A DNA stretch of 64,000 nucleotides. Origin: Selaginella moellendorffii. Its lineage: Eukaryota; Plantae; Lycopodiophyta. The stretch is from NCBI RefSeq assembly GCF_000143415.4, contig NW_003314279.1:2172191-2236190 (forward strand), written 5' to 3'. The notes beneath the pieces were generated by a model that saw only the letters and a program-made list of their open reading frames with translations, was not told where the DNA came from and did no database searches. Both the position numbers and the translations under genes were made by a program. Positions 36,877 through 50,509 of the stretch are shown here, piece by piece (the first letter of the stretch is position 1; each line of letters begins with the position of its first letter).

Positions 36877-39368
36877 GGCACTTTGCCGAGCGATCTCGAG
36901 AGTAAAAAAGAGAGAAAAGCGACGATCCGGAGATTTCAGCTCATCGGAGGAAAAGAGAGAAGCATTCCAGAGGAAGAGCGCATGGAGAATGGAGCTTTCT
37001 CTCTCGCGACCTAGCAAGAAAGTACACAGCGCCGTGGCGCAGCAAGAATGCGATGGGAAAGAAGGATGAATTAGGGGCGAGAAGGAGGAAATCAGGGTCT
37101 TCTTCTCGCCCCACAAGAAGAACAAGGAAATATACCTAAAATGCCAACACACATACACATTCCAAAACCCTGGATTCAAGGCGATTGAAAAGGCGGTCTC
37201 AAATCCGCAATCTCTTACCATTTGGGGATAGACGGCCGGATTGCTTGCCACCTCATTAACGGTGACGGGCTTGAAGTCTACATCCCCACCATGATTTTGT
37301 CATGATGCTGTGTAGAAGTATACAAGATAAGACAACAAATACTTTTCACGACGGCAAATATTTTCAGTTTTGATATTCTCAAGCCCGCCCGCCCACCGCG
37401 TCCAAAAATTTGCCGCGAAGTAACGACCATGGTAAAAATCTCTCCGGCATTTGCCCTAGAATACGGGGAGATTCGAACCTGCAACCGGGTAAAAGCCAAG
37501 GGAGTAAATTCGAGCTGTACGCTTGTAAGTATTTACAGGTATATAGGCCTGTGGTAATGTGTCGGTGACTTTGGAATATGCGCGAGGGATTTTTCATGGT
37601 TTGTCACTTTCAATTTTCCCTGCAAAAGTGAGAGAAGGAAAAAAAACTAACTGCTTGATACGATTGATGGCTGGCCTGGTTAATTCTAACATTTGTTTTT
37701 TAGGGGATCTCATCGTTCGCTCTCGTCCTCGTTATAAGGTTGTTTCAATGCACGAAAGAGTCCATTTCAATGCGGTGGTTAACCGCTGAGAGAGGGGTAA
37801 ATCATGGCTGCTTTTGGAGGATTAAAGATTAATCACGCAGCGTTTCAGTTTTGGTTTAGCCCCTAACCGCATTGAAGGGTCCGTAACCCTGGAGTTAATC
37901 CAGCATTTTGACCCGCATTTAAGATTCACCCCACGGGGGTGATTATCGAATTTCACCAGCCACGCCACGCCACCCACAGTAAAAAGACCAGAGTGTTTGA
38001 ACCGCGCGCCCCGCGGGAGCAAGTGTGGCGCGCGGTTGCTTTCGGCGCGCAGTTTCAAGTACACAAGGGCGAGAACCGTGCGGCGCTTGATAGCGCTGTG
38101 TATAGGGTGTGCGTGTCTGCTTGTGGCGGCATTTTTTTTAAACCGTTGCTGTTGTCCATCGCGTGCAACATGTGAGCCCTAAGAGAGACTTCGTCTTCGT
38201 CGTCTCGTCGCGTTCATAATCTTCCAATCTCGCAAAAGGAAAAGAAGCATTGTCACCTTCAAGGGAAAAAAACAAATGCTGTCGGCCAAAGTTGCGTTCC
38301 CCGACCTAGAATTTTAGGGTTTTACCGATTATGTGTGGCTCTCAAAGTCAATGTTGCATATGGACAAGAGAGATAAATATTAGCAAAATTATTTTCTCTA
38401 ATTTAGTTTCTTTTCAATCTCTAGGAAAGCTTTAGATCTTGATACGGCCCTACTCCTATAGTTTTCTAAGAAGCTTCTCCTTTGGTAAGAAGCTTTTTCC
38501 TTATTGCTTATGGCTAATACTATTGGCATTGGGTTTGATGTGTTAAACCGATGTTACATGGAAACGTCCATATGGCATCACTTTATTGGTTCTTATGTAT
38601 ATTTTTGTATATGAAGTTGAATATTCTCACAGATTCTTAAGAACTTGAAGGATATTCCTTAGAATCTAATGGGTATTATGGGTCATTATATGGGGACTAT
38701 AGCCATGTTACATGGACATCTATAACCATTCATCCATCCTAGCATACCTATTTTTTGTATTTGAAATGAAAATTTCTCAAATTCATTGACTTGCTTACTA
38801 TATTCCATAATTCAGTTGAAAAAACATTATGGCACCTCTTCTAATTCCAATCGATATAAGCTTTTTTCATTGTTCAAATTCAACAAAGACTGAAGAGCTT
38901 AGAGAGAGTGATTTCAGCTGTTAATAGTATGGCATTAGATGCTCATTGTAGAGTAATGCACAAAATTCTATGAAATTCTATTTAATATATTATTTATATA
39001 TTATTATACAATATACAATATAATATTATTATTTGGATTTCAAAATGCTTGGATATTTAGTTACTTCTATTGTTTGCAAGAATGTGCCAAAAAACAGGAG
39101 GATAGAAATTTGTCAAGATTAGAAGACAATTATACTATTACTAAATTATATAATCTTTGTCACAAATGTGACTACAAATATTAAGAATTACCTGTTAACA
39201 AGTATTTTTTGATATTGTTCTTTTACTACCACAATAGTAAGAAATTGAACCCTTTATCAATCCTTCTTGTTCAAGTATTACTAAACTAAATTTAGCATTT
39301 ATACTTGGCCAAATTAGCATAAAAGAGAATTCTTAAGTATTTTTTTAACCAAGTATATTTGGCCTAGT

Positions 39369-39742
39369 TGCTAATGACTAAATTTTCTATTTTACTTTAA
39401 TCACTTAACCACACTTTTAACCATTTAGAAGAGTCTCACTCACAATCTATATAAGTTCTATTCTCGACTTAGAAGCTTATTAACCTTGTGAATAACATTT
39501 ATGCTATTCAGCTTTTGCACTTAGTCCAAGTGCTCCACATGTTCAATCCCATAATCAACACCACAACTACTGATATATCAATCTATTAAGCTAAGGCCAT
39601 GTTCATTTACCTTTGTCTCACTAGTAATCTTAAACCACTTGTCCCAAAACCACACCTTAACATCTTTAATATGCCTAGAGATATAAGGAATAACTTTCCC
39701 CAATATCTCTTGTTAGTCCTCACCAAGTTCCTCTCCATCCAT
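39369..39742 (-). repeat. Older LTR of the 43-50 kb family, left half (split by the Mutator-like insertion)
   Basis: Collinear with 43259-43685 and 49006-49435. Stops at CTCCATCCAT and resumes at 57699. Confidence 0.8.
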
Positions 39743-41209
39743 AGGGGGATGGTCCAAAGTTGAGTTGAGTTTATGAGTTGAGTTTAATTCAACATAAGTC
39801 AACTTAAGTTAACATAGTCAACTAAAAGTTTTATAAAGGAAATCTAAATTGAAGAAATGAAGGTTCTAGTAAACTTTAAAATATTTAAATATGTAAATAT
39901 CTAAATTAAAAGTTTCTATAAGATTAAATTGTTTAAAAAAGACAAAGTTTACGAGAACCTATCTTTTATAAAGCTATATTATTTTATTATGACTATTGTT
40001 ACAGCTATTTTAATTTGACTACTTAATATTTTGAATACTTTTACAGCTGTATTTTGTAGTTTTTTAGGGTTCTTGAGAAGATGGGAAGCAAGGAAAATAT
40101 AAGATTTATGAGCAAGAGTTGTAGTGCAAAGGAATGTAAGAATGTTAATTTTGTTTCACTACCACAATCTTTATATTACACTCTTGGTCTTTATTACCTA
40201 TTTGGGAATGTGGAAACCATTATCATAATTGATAAAAATGCTTCTATTACTTCTGAAACAATGGTCTAGAGTAAGAGAAATAAAGAAATAAACAATATGG
40301 TGGAAAGCATAAAGAAATCTAATCAATAAAACTTTCCATGACATTTGTAATTTACATATTAATTCATATTAAAAACTCTGTTGCCTACCTATATTGCAAT
40401 CCTCTCATATGATAACACCAAGGTATATTTTTGCAATGAATCCTCATTAAATGTTTGAGAATAATAATAAAAGAAATTGAAATCTTTCGATAGACTCAAA
40501 TGTAATATCATATCAAAGAATCAACTTTATCTACATTTCCAAGATTGAAAGACAATCTCACACGAGAGAATGGTAGTGTGCCAATGTGCTCTGCCACTAT
40601 AATGTGGTTTATATTTCCTTGTAGTCTATTTCCCTAGACATTTAGCATGTGTAGAAAAAAAAATATGTGGAGTAAAGTAGGATTTCATCATAATGATAGA
40701 GCCTGTGTATACACGATAATCTAAAATTCTAGAAGCTCTTATGTTTACAAGCAAGCTATAATTATGAAACCCCATTTCCAAGACTAACATTTAAAGAATA
40801 TGAGTTTTATTAGTGTTATAATAAATAAACCTCATTCATGAGACTAAACTTAATATATAAACTATCTAGAAAAGTTATAGTCATTGTAGTTTTTTTGTTC
40901 TCCTTGAGTTCCTTGGAAGTTTGTATTGAAATGGCTCAAAGGAAAGTCACTACTACTCTTACTTGGCCCCTTAGCATTTCATATCAATCTCCATCTCCAT
41001 TCCTAAGTTCTACCAACATTCCATCTTCACCTCCACATAACAATCTTTTTTCTACTAAGGGCTCTAGTGAAGCTAAATTAAAGCTTCTTATATATAAAAT
41101 TCTGAATCTTGCTACTAGAGAGGGATTGCTTCCAATGCTTCAAGAGTAATACCATATGTTTTTGCAAGATTTTATTTCTAACATAACAAGATTACTTAAA
41201 AGCACATAA

Positions 41210-41476
41210 CACTATTACATTTGGTGTCCAATATGCTACTTTTTCTTGGACAAGACAAATGGCTCTATGGGTTTACAAAATTTTCTTAAGCACTATAGGA
41301 ATTGCCCAATGGCAGGTTTGGAAAATGTGCACGTGTGGATGTACAATAGATTTAAGAATGAGTTACAAACACATACCCATTATCGCTTCATGGTGAGGAA
41401 CAACATCCCCTTAGGAAACATTGCATTGGCTAGTGCAAAATATGTGGTTTTTAGGCCACCCTACAATGGAATGTAA
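41210..41476 (+). CDS. Small C2HC/BED-like zinc-finger ORF or exon inside the transposon
   Basis: IWCPICYFFLDKTNGSMGLQNFLKHYRNC (CxxC...HxxxC). Confidence 0.4.
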   Translation, partial: HYYIWCPICYFFLDKTNGSMGLQNFLKHYRNCPMAGLENVHVWMYNRFKNELQTHTHYRFMVRNNIPLGNIALASAKYVVFRPPYNGM

Positions 41477-41801
41477 GATCTAGAATTACTTTACTATAAT
41501 ATAGTATTGTCACTATTAAAAGAAAAAAATATAATAAAATGATATTAGTTATAGGTAACATACTTTGTTCTAGAAGGTGCTATCATATCACATACAATTG
41601 TTTAAAAAATGTTGAAGGAGGAGATGGCAACACACAAGCGCTACAAGGTGATGGTGTGGGTGAGAATGATAATTTGCAATTATGATATCTAACACTGACA
41701 CTGACATCTGACACTTTCACTAACATTGACACTTTCACTTACATCTGACACTTTTATTGATTTGATATATAACAAGCTTTTCATTTTATGTAAGGATGCA
41801 A

Positions 41802-43258
41802 TTAACTTTTTTCTGCCTCATCATCAACATATTGATTTCTTTTATGTCTCCTCCTATATTGGTATTGTGGGGAAGATTCACCTTGTATATGTTGAGCCAT
41901 AGCTTCTACATAGTTAAGGAGACTTCCAAAGCCTCAAATTCTAGAAACTCCAAGTGACTGTGATCTATAAAATAGAATTAAACATATATTGAAATTTTAA
42001 TAAACATAATTTACCTCTTTGAGGTTGAAGGCAACTCATGAAATCTTTTGAGCCGATGTTTGAAGAAATGATGTTCTTCAATAGCAAACACCGACCTACC
42101 AAAGTCACGTATTGCCTCCACCATAGAACTGCTATCTACTGTGCAATCAATCACAACACCATTTGATGGGTACGACAGTTTGAAATTAGTACCTTAGAAA
42201 CATGTTGCGGATCTTCTCATCCACAAAGTTAATGTTAATAGAACTGTCGTACCCAAGCAAAACATATGCTAAATGTTTGTTATCATGAAACCCATTATGT
42301 GTGTTTCTGCAGAAGGCATAATAGATCCACATCATAACCTAGAAAATAAAAATGTTTAGAAATTAGATAAAAATATAAAATGCATACTTGCCTTTTCAGG
42401 CTTCCCTTGGACACCCCTCGTATCGACACCAATAGGATCCATGATGCACCTCAAAAAGAATAACTTGAAATGAACTTTTGTTGCACATGTCATAAACTCA
42501 TACATTCAGTTGGGGTTGTTCGGTAGAATGAAGACAACATAACCAACTTCGAGCATAAATGCTTTGAACAAGAGGAATGCATTATGCACGTGGTTAGGTG
42601 TGAGAAAGTTCCAATCCTCAACTTTTCTATCGATATCTAAAAGACCATTTGGAAAGTTGAAGAGAATAAAGTCTGTAATTGGGAGCAAAGGCCTTTATAT
42701 ATCTTTTGGCACCAATGGTTGAACTAGTGCTGTATATCCATATTGATGTTATCTTCCATGAAAGATGTCAACAATCTACAGTAGGAACTAATGAAGATAC
42801 CCACAATGTCTCACTATGTTATTGGGGACACAAGATGGACCTATAAAAGAGCTAGGTGAATGAAAAAAGCAATAAATAATATACTACCGTCATATGGCAT
42901 GTTGTCGATGAGAGTTCCTCCAGCTCCTCTTCACGAGCATCTTGTCGAGCTGGAATGAAATTACTACCAACAATCATTGCTGCAAAAAGCATGTATTACC
43001 ACCTTTAGTTTGTAAAATTCACTTTTGTTTACCTTGAGGTCGACGTGATATTCTATAAACCACTTGATCATTGTTATTTATTGGTAGAACCTGATATAGA
43101 TCTTGGTTGTTTGATGGTTGAACTGGAGCTTGATCCTGGCTGTCTAGTGGTGGAACACGAGCTTGATCTGAAGCTTCCTCATCCTCGTCTCCATCATCAC
43201 TTGCATTGCCATCGTTGTTAGCATTGACAACTTCTTCGTGATCTAGTGTAAAGGTTTC
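41802..43258 (-). pseudogene. Decayed beta-class DNA amino-methyltransferase-like domain (3' part of transposon cargo gene)
   Basis: DFILFNFPNGL (motif IV-like), then MLEVGYVVFIL, then SYPSNGVVIDCTVDSSSMVEAIRDFGRSVFAIE (motif I-II-like). Contains introns, stops and a frameshift. Confidence 0.6.
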
Positions 43259-44332
43259 TATAAGTGACTAAATTTTCCATTCTACTTTAGTCACTTAACC
43301 ACACCTCTAACCACTTGGAGGAGTCTCATTCACAACCTCCTTAAGTCCAATTGAGGACTTGGGACCTGCTAGTCCTGAGAATGGCATCGATGCCACTCAT
43401 CCCTTGCACTTAGTCCAAGTGCTCCACGTGTCTAGTCCCAAGATTGACACCCAAAGGTACTATTGACATATCGGCCCGTTACACTAAGGCCATGCCCATT
43501 CACCTTTGTCGCACTGGTGGTCCAATACCACTTGCGTCACAATCCCGTCTCTCCAAGACTGGGGCATCCGTCCATGAGTGGTCATCCCCAATCCACTCCT
43601 TAGCATCCTTAGGATGCCCACAAACATGGGAATAGCCTTCCCCAACATCCCCTTGTCAGTTTCTGCCAAGTCCCTCTTCCATCCACGGCTATGTTCACCA
43701 ACACTGCCACTAGATCAAGGCCCGCAGGCTCAGCCACTAAGTCCCATTGTCCTTTAGGATTTCCTCTCCATGTGACCGTATCCATAGTTACTACACTAGA
43801 GGATTGCTCCTCCTCCTTTCCCCCATTTGGGACTTTGGGACAACATTTCGAAACACCGTGGCCCTACGCGAGCCCCATGGGTACTTTCCCCACCTTCTGC
43901 CTTTAGGTGCTCTAGCCATGGGCTTAGAGTGAGGTTCCGTTGAGCCACACCAGGTATCCAAGTAGGTAGTGCCACCCACACTTGGACTGTGAGCATCAGC
44001 CAGTCGATCTCCCGGGGGAACTAGAGCTGGCTCTTGAACATTTCACCAAGCTACCCTGCTTGTCGGTCCATGTTCACTCTAGTCTTGGACTTCCCAGTGG
44101 TCAGTTCATCACCCAACACTGGGTCTGGCCTTCCTGAGCCAAACTGGCCTTTCCTGGCCAAACTGGCTCCATTGCAATCCTCCCCATTACTATACTTTTG
44201 GAGCTCACCAAACTCCCCAGGGTCTGGGAGATGAACACTTTGGGCTTTCACCCTCTCAAACTCGAACTCGGACTCGGACTTGGACTCGGACCTAGACTCG
44301 GACTCGGACTCAAACTCGAACTCGGACTCGGA

Positions 44333-44364
<32 letters not shown>

Positions 44365-47300
44365 TGGTCTTGGCCTCGGCCTCGACCTCGGTCTCGGTCC
44401 CAGTCTCGGTCTCGGTCCTGGTCTCGGTTCCAGTCCCAGTCTCGGTCTTGACCTCGGACTCCATCTCGGATTCCATCTTAGGTCCATCTCAGACTCCATC
44501 TTGGACTCCGTCTAGGTCCATCTCGAACTCCATCTCGGACTCCATCTCGGGTCCATCTCAGACTCTATCTTGGACTCCATCTCGGTCTATCTCGAACTCC
44601 ATCTCGGGTCCATCTCGGACTCCATCTCAGGTCCATCTCGGACTCCATCTCGGACTACATCTCGGTCTATCTCGGACTCCATCTCAAGTCCATCTTGGAC
44701 TCCATCTCGGGTCCTTCTCGGACTCCATCTCGGACTCCATCTCAGTCCATCTCGGACTCCATCTCGGGTTCATCTTGGACTCCATCTCGGGTCCTTCTCG
44801 GACTCCATCTCGGACTCTATCTTGGTCCATCTCGAACTCCATCTCGGACTCCAACTCGGGTCCATCTTGGACACTTCCACGTATGATGTGTTGGTCCTTT
44901 TGGGTCCCTTTTTGGAGCCTCGCTTATTGCTCGCTTCATGCTCATTCCTTGAGCACTCTGTTAGGAGTTCCACTCCCGCTCTCGACCTTTCAAGTTGGAG
45001 CCTTTTAGTCCAAACGTGTTACGCTCGTTTGGCTTTTGCTTCGGCCACTACCACGTGGCACCCTTTCGGCTCCACTTTGGGGCCTAGGGATTTTGTGTCT
45101 CACAACTCCACCACCCATAGATGAAGTTCGATGTCCTCATCGAACGATAAACCGTTTTATAAAGTAACACTAGCATGTATTACCTTCACCATCCTTGGCA
45201 CTTAGCCAATATTCGTCAATGGTTTGACACCGAAGGCTCGCCATGCCTTGTCTAACCTCTAAGGAGCATAGTGTCTCTAACATAAAGACTCATTTGACCA
45301 CCTCAGGTGATTCTCTCCCTTTTATTGTGTTTGCTCTCGCTAAACCCATTAGAGACACTTTCTCTAGTTCAATCCCACTACTCATTCTTGAGTAGTCTCA
45401 ACTTCTATTGACATAACCAATTCACCTTGGAACTTTTAATTTTGACTTCTCAAAGTTAACTTCATTACACATATTATGCAACTTCACTTCCCCATCCTAG
45501 AAAGTTCTCCACTTGAGGGCACTATCATCCTCCTTTCTATTTTGTACCACCTTTGGCACCAAGTTTTAGCTATCGTAAGTTGTGCTAGAGTTGTCCACAG
45601 CCCTATCATTTGGCTACTTTGCCGCTCTCTTTCTTGGAGCTTTCACCTTTGCCAACTTAGAGCAATCAGGAATCCATCCTTGGAAGCACACTTCCTTTCT
45701 CACCATTTGTTAGCATCCACAACATTAGTGTTCCATGCCTAACTTTGCCATTTGCATTCCTTCCAATGAATTCCATGGCTCACACTTGGCCTCTAGTCTT
45801 TTGCTCTTATCCGTTGATTGTTGCACTGAGCAGCATAGGATCGCTACCTTCATTCTCGAGGTATCCTTTTGGTTCCATGGCAAAGGCTCTACTTTGCTAA
45901 GTCTAGAGGGTGCTCACCCTTAGTAGGTCTCTTTAGCATTTTCTGCTACGGGCTCCGTCCACAGCCCAACTTTGCGACCTTCCCATGAGTCTCTCCCAGA
46001 TATTACTTTCTTGGACTTACTACACCATCGTATTGGTACAATTGATTTCCCTTTTGGTGTCTTTCCCACTTGGTCACCTTGACCAAGTCACACCATTATC
46101 AATAGTTCCAATCAACACTTTGAATTAGGAATCATATTCCTTAACCCAAATAAAGACCTTGTCTTGGTTTAGCCATAAGATCACCTAGCGATCCCATCTT
46201 GACCCCTTAACAGGTCTACCAATAGGAACTAGGTCTTCCAGACCCTTTTAAATTGTTGACTATGACCCCGGAGGCATCCCCCACACTTGGCAGTGTGCCC
46301 AAACCAACCCTTCTATAGCAATTGAGACTGAGTGTTCCCATCTCATTCACCACGTCCTTGGTGCCCTTTACACCAAAGTGTTCAAGTTAGATATGCCAAA
46401 CTTTGGCTCTAAGCAATCTAACCGTGCATCACGACTCTGGAGCATCTCCTGCTTGGTGGTGTGCCTAAGCCAATCTTCTCACTGAGATTCCATGACCACC
46501 GAAATATGAGTGTCCTCATATTCCAAACCATCACCACACCCTAGTGATTTGGGATTCGAACCCAAGCACTAAAGGGTTAGAACTCGAACCCAACCTCCAT
46601 ATATGCATTTACGGACGGCATCACCCTAGATGCCTGGCATGACTCCCCACGTCGTTGCACTGATTTATATCCAAAGTGCGCTACGGATCATAACTTAGGA
46701 ACTTAATCCCTACAAATTGCCAAGTCCTCTCACTTGACAAGTCTATGATCATGCATGGACTCCTCTATGCTTGGCCCCATATGCCACCCCTTTTCAAGTT
46801 AGCACCTTCAACTAAGGGATTTGTTCCCCTGACTTGCCACTCTTGCTTAACAAATCATTCGACTACTAGAATATGGTTTCATGCATAAGTGTGAAAGTCC
46901 TTGACCATCAACTTTTGTTCAAAGTCATCCCTTTGAACACTCGGGAACTACTTCCCCAACCTTGATAGTATTGCCTTATGGCAAGTTTCAAGACCATGCT
47001 TTTTCTATACCACTTTGATTTCGTGCGTTTTATGAACCATTTACACTTGGCTTTCTAGGTACTACACTATTTAGAATTGTCTTTGGGAACCTTGAATGAA
47101 CTCTGTCCCTTAGCTTGCTAAAGCTTGTCCTTTCGCAAGTCTTCTAATTGCCATATAGTCTAACATGGACAATTTTATGCCTTAGACTCTCTATGGCACC
47201 ACGGTTACTAGTAACAACATGCTCAAGCACCCACTTGATTCTCCACTCTCAACTGACATAACCACCATTGGTTATGCTCTTTGATCTTAGGGATAAACCT

Positions 47301-50300
47301 ACCCGATAGCCTAGGGGGTGGTTCCTTAATTCGGGTATGCTCACCTTATAATCCCACACACCGAGATTAATGTTGCTACTTATAGACTTTTATATGCCCA
47401 TCACTAGCCTGGCCAAAATCCCATTTTTGGCTTTGTCCAATTCAAGTAGACAGACTTCTCCCGTCTCCGCAACCTTGGACATTTGGATAGCACCTTCTAT
47501 CCAGGGACTTAGTCCCTTAGGCCTTATCTATTGCCCTCATGACATCAAACACTAACTCTTGGTGTTCTAGAGCGTTTGGGTGTGCCAATGATGGCATCTT
47601 TGACAATGAGCATTCCCTTTACAATATTGACTTACTATATCGCAATATAAGCAATTCATTCTTTATAAGGGTATGTCTACCTTCTTTATCCCAATAAGAA
47701 GTCTTATGTAGTTACCTTTTATCAGTTTCATCAATTATTTTGCACCTTTTGCTTAGTTGCCTCATAATTGTCAAGTCCTACAACTCATTGCTGGTGCTTC
47801 CACACCTCCATCATTGTTTAGATCACCACACTCTACCACATGCATTCCAGCTTAGGCTATGCCATTCCCATTTCCATTGGGATTCTCTTGGCAAAAGGTT
47901 CTTATGAACCCACCAATATAACCTCAAGGTATCATACCTTAGCACATTTAGTGTCTCCACACCATCGGCTCCATGAGCTTACTTTTATGACACTTGCACT
48001 CGTGTCTAGGTCTTTTGCCAAGACCAACACAGTCGTTTCTTATGCCAACTATCTGTGAGCACTTCACTATAGTGTTCTCACACAACTCTACACTAAAGTT
48101 GCTTTCTTCCAGGAACACCTTTCCCATGACTTTAGTATGGCATATTCTGCCACCCATGAGATACCCATTGTTCTCATACTTAGATCTTATAATCTTCCCC
48201 ATCCTCTGTAAGGCATAACACACCTCAGTCCAAATGCTTCCATAAGTCCTTTAGGACCATTCTTTGACTCCACTCAAGTCATTCAGCCTATTAGACTTTT
48301 TTTAATCCCCCGACCTATAAAGTTTTACTTTTGAGGTGTTAGCTCATTAGAATACAACTTTTTGTATTCATGTCCTACTCACCAAGACCACCATTACAAG
48401 TGTTATTCTAACATTTGACTATTTTACGTTCTTTGTGGGCTACCTTTGCCTGTTAAAACTATTTATTCATATAATGAGAACATCGATTCATCCTCTAAGC
48501 ACACCCCAAACTCGTGGTCCAGCATTTATTCAAGGTAGCCCCAGCTACCATTTCAAGGACATATGTCCTTATCTATATTTGACTTCCTATGGTCATTAAT
48601 TCTGGTATCAAATTCATGAGCACCAACCTTAACTTCAAGAGGGTAATCTTGTGACTCCTTTATCGTTTTGGAGTCTCTATCTTCCCCGTGATCCCAACTA
48701 TAGTTGTTTATCACAACTACATTAGCCAGTTTACTGAGTCAAACACTCATCTAGATCACATCCTCAACTTAATGAGGAAAACCTTACATTATTCCCAAGA
48801 TCCCAAAATTGTTCCATTATTGGCCCTTTTTTATCCACCACCTCATCTACAAGTTAACCCCTAAATTGTAGTGGAGAGCTATGTTTTCCCGACATGCTAC
48901 TCCTCAAGGATAGGCCCACTCCTAGGACCTTCCGATGCCAACACTAGTGGTGATATACTTCAGCACTAATAAAAGTTGAACTAAGGAATAGCTCTGATAC
49001 CAAATTGTAAGTGACTAAATTTTCCATTTTACTTTAGTCACTTAAACACACCTCTACCCACTTGGAGGAGTCTCTTTCACAACGTCCTTTAGTCCAATTC
49101 AAGACTTGGGACTTGCTAGCCTCAAGAATGGCATCTATGCCACTCATCCTTTGCCCTTGGTCTAAGTGCTCCACGTGTCCAGTCCCAAATCCGACACCCC
49201 AAGGTACCACCAACATACCAACCCATTACGCTAAGGCCATGCTCCTTCACCTTGGTCACACTGGTGGTCCAACACCACCTGCATCACAGTCCCATCTCTC
49301 AATGATTGGGTTATCTATCCAAGAGTGAGCATCCAAGATCCACTCCTTAGCATCCTTAAGATGCCCCTAGACATGGAAAACTGCCTTTCCCAATATCCCT
49401 TTTACAGTCCTCACCAAGTCCCTTTTTTGTCCATGGCCAAGTTTGCCTACACTACCGTTGGGACAAGGCCCACAAGCACGACTACTAAGTCCCACTGTCC
49501 TCTAGGACTTTCTCACCACATGACCATATCCTTGGTCACCACACCAGAGGATTGCTTCTCTTCCATTCTCACCATGGCCTTACGCAAGCCTCATGGGTAC
49601 TCTTCCTGCTTTTTGCCTTTGGGTGCTCTAGCCATGGGCTTAGAGCGAGGTTCCATTGAGCCACACTAGGTATTCAAGTAGGTAGTGCCACCCACACTTG
49701 GACTGGGAGCATCGACCATTCGATCTCTCGGGAGAACTAGAGTTGGCTCTTGAACACTTCACCAAGCTACCCCGCTTGTCAATCTGTATTCACTTTAGCC
49801 TTGGACTTCCCAATGGTTATCCCATCACCCAACACCTAGGTACAGCCTTCCTGGGCCAAACTGGCCTTTCCTAGCCAAATTGGCTCCACTGGAGTCCTTC
49901 CCTTACTATAATTTTGGAGCTCACCAAACCCCCCAGGGTCTAGGAGACGAACACTTTGGGCTTTCACCCTCTCAGACTCAAACTCGGACTCAGACTTGGA
50001 CTCGGATTTGGATTTGGACTCGGACTCAGACTCGGACTCAGGCTTGGGCTCAATCTCGGCCTCGGCCTCGGTCTCAATCTCGGTCCTGGTCTCGGTCCCG
50101 GTCTTGGTCTTGGTCTCGACTTCGGACTCCATCTCGGGTCCTTCTCGGACTCCCCATCCCAGACTCCATCTCGGGTCCATCTCAGGTCCATCTCGGACTC
50201 TATCTCAGACTCCATCTTGGACTCCATCTCAGGTCTATCTCGGACTCTATCTCAGACTCCATCTCAGGTCCATCTTGGACTCCATCTTGGATTCCATCTC

Positions 50301-50509
50301 GGTCCATCTCGGATTCCATCTTGGACTCCATTTCAGTCCATCTCGGACTCCATCTCAGGTCCATCTCGGACTCCATCTCGTTCCATCTCGAACTCCTCAA
50401 GTTGGAGCTTTTAGTCCAAATGTGTTACGCTCGTTTGGCTTTCGCTTTGGCCACTACCACATGGCACCCTTTTGGCTCCACTTTGGGGCTTAGGGATTTG
50501 TGTCTCACA
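43259..50509 (-). mobile_element. LTR retrotransposon, non-autonomous or decayed; LTRs 43259-45104 and 49006-50509
   Basis: Paired LTRs T(G/A)TAAG...TCACA. tRNA-Met PBS (TGGTATCAGAGC on minus, 48991-49002) and a PPT-like tract at 45105-45118. The 3.9-kb interior has no intact ORF. Confidence 0.9.
44258..44872. repeat. Tandem 6-bp (CTCGGN) and 12-bp (CTCCATCTCGGA) arrays within the LTR
   Basis: Directly visible. A shorter version lies at 49972-50395. Confidence 0.95.

Noticed and set aside
37460-37530. B-box-like GGTTCGAATC on the minus strand
   Set aside because: No cloverleaf could be folded, so it is not called a tRNA.
44051-45124. Ser/Asp-, Leu/Gly- and Pro/Ser-rich ORFs (also at 49836-50596)
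   Set aside because: Artefacts of the 6/12-bp tandem repeats in the LTRs.
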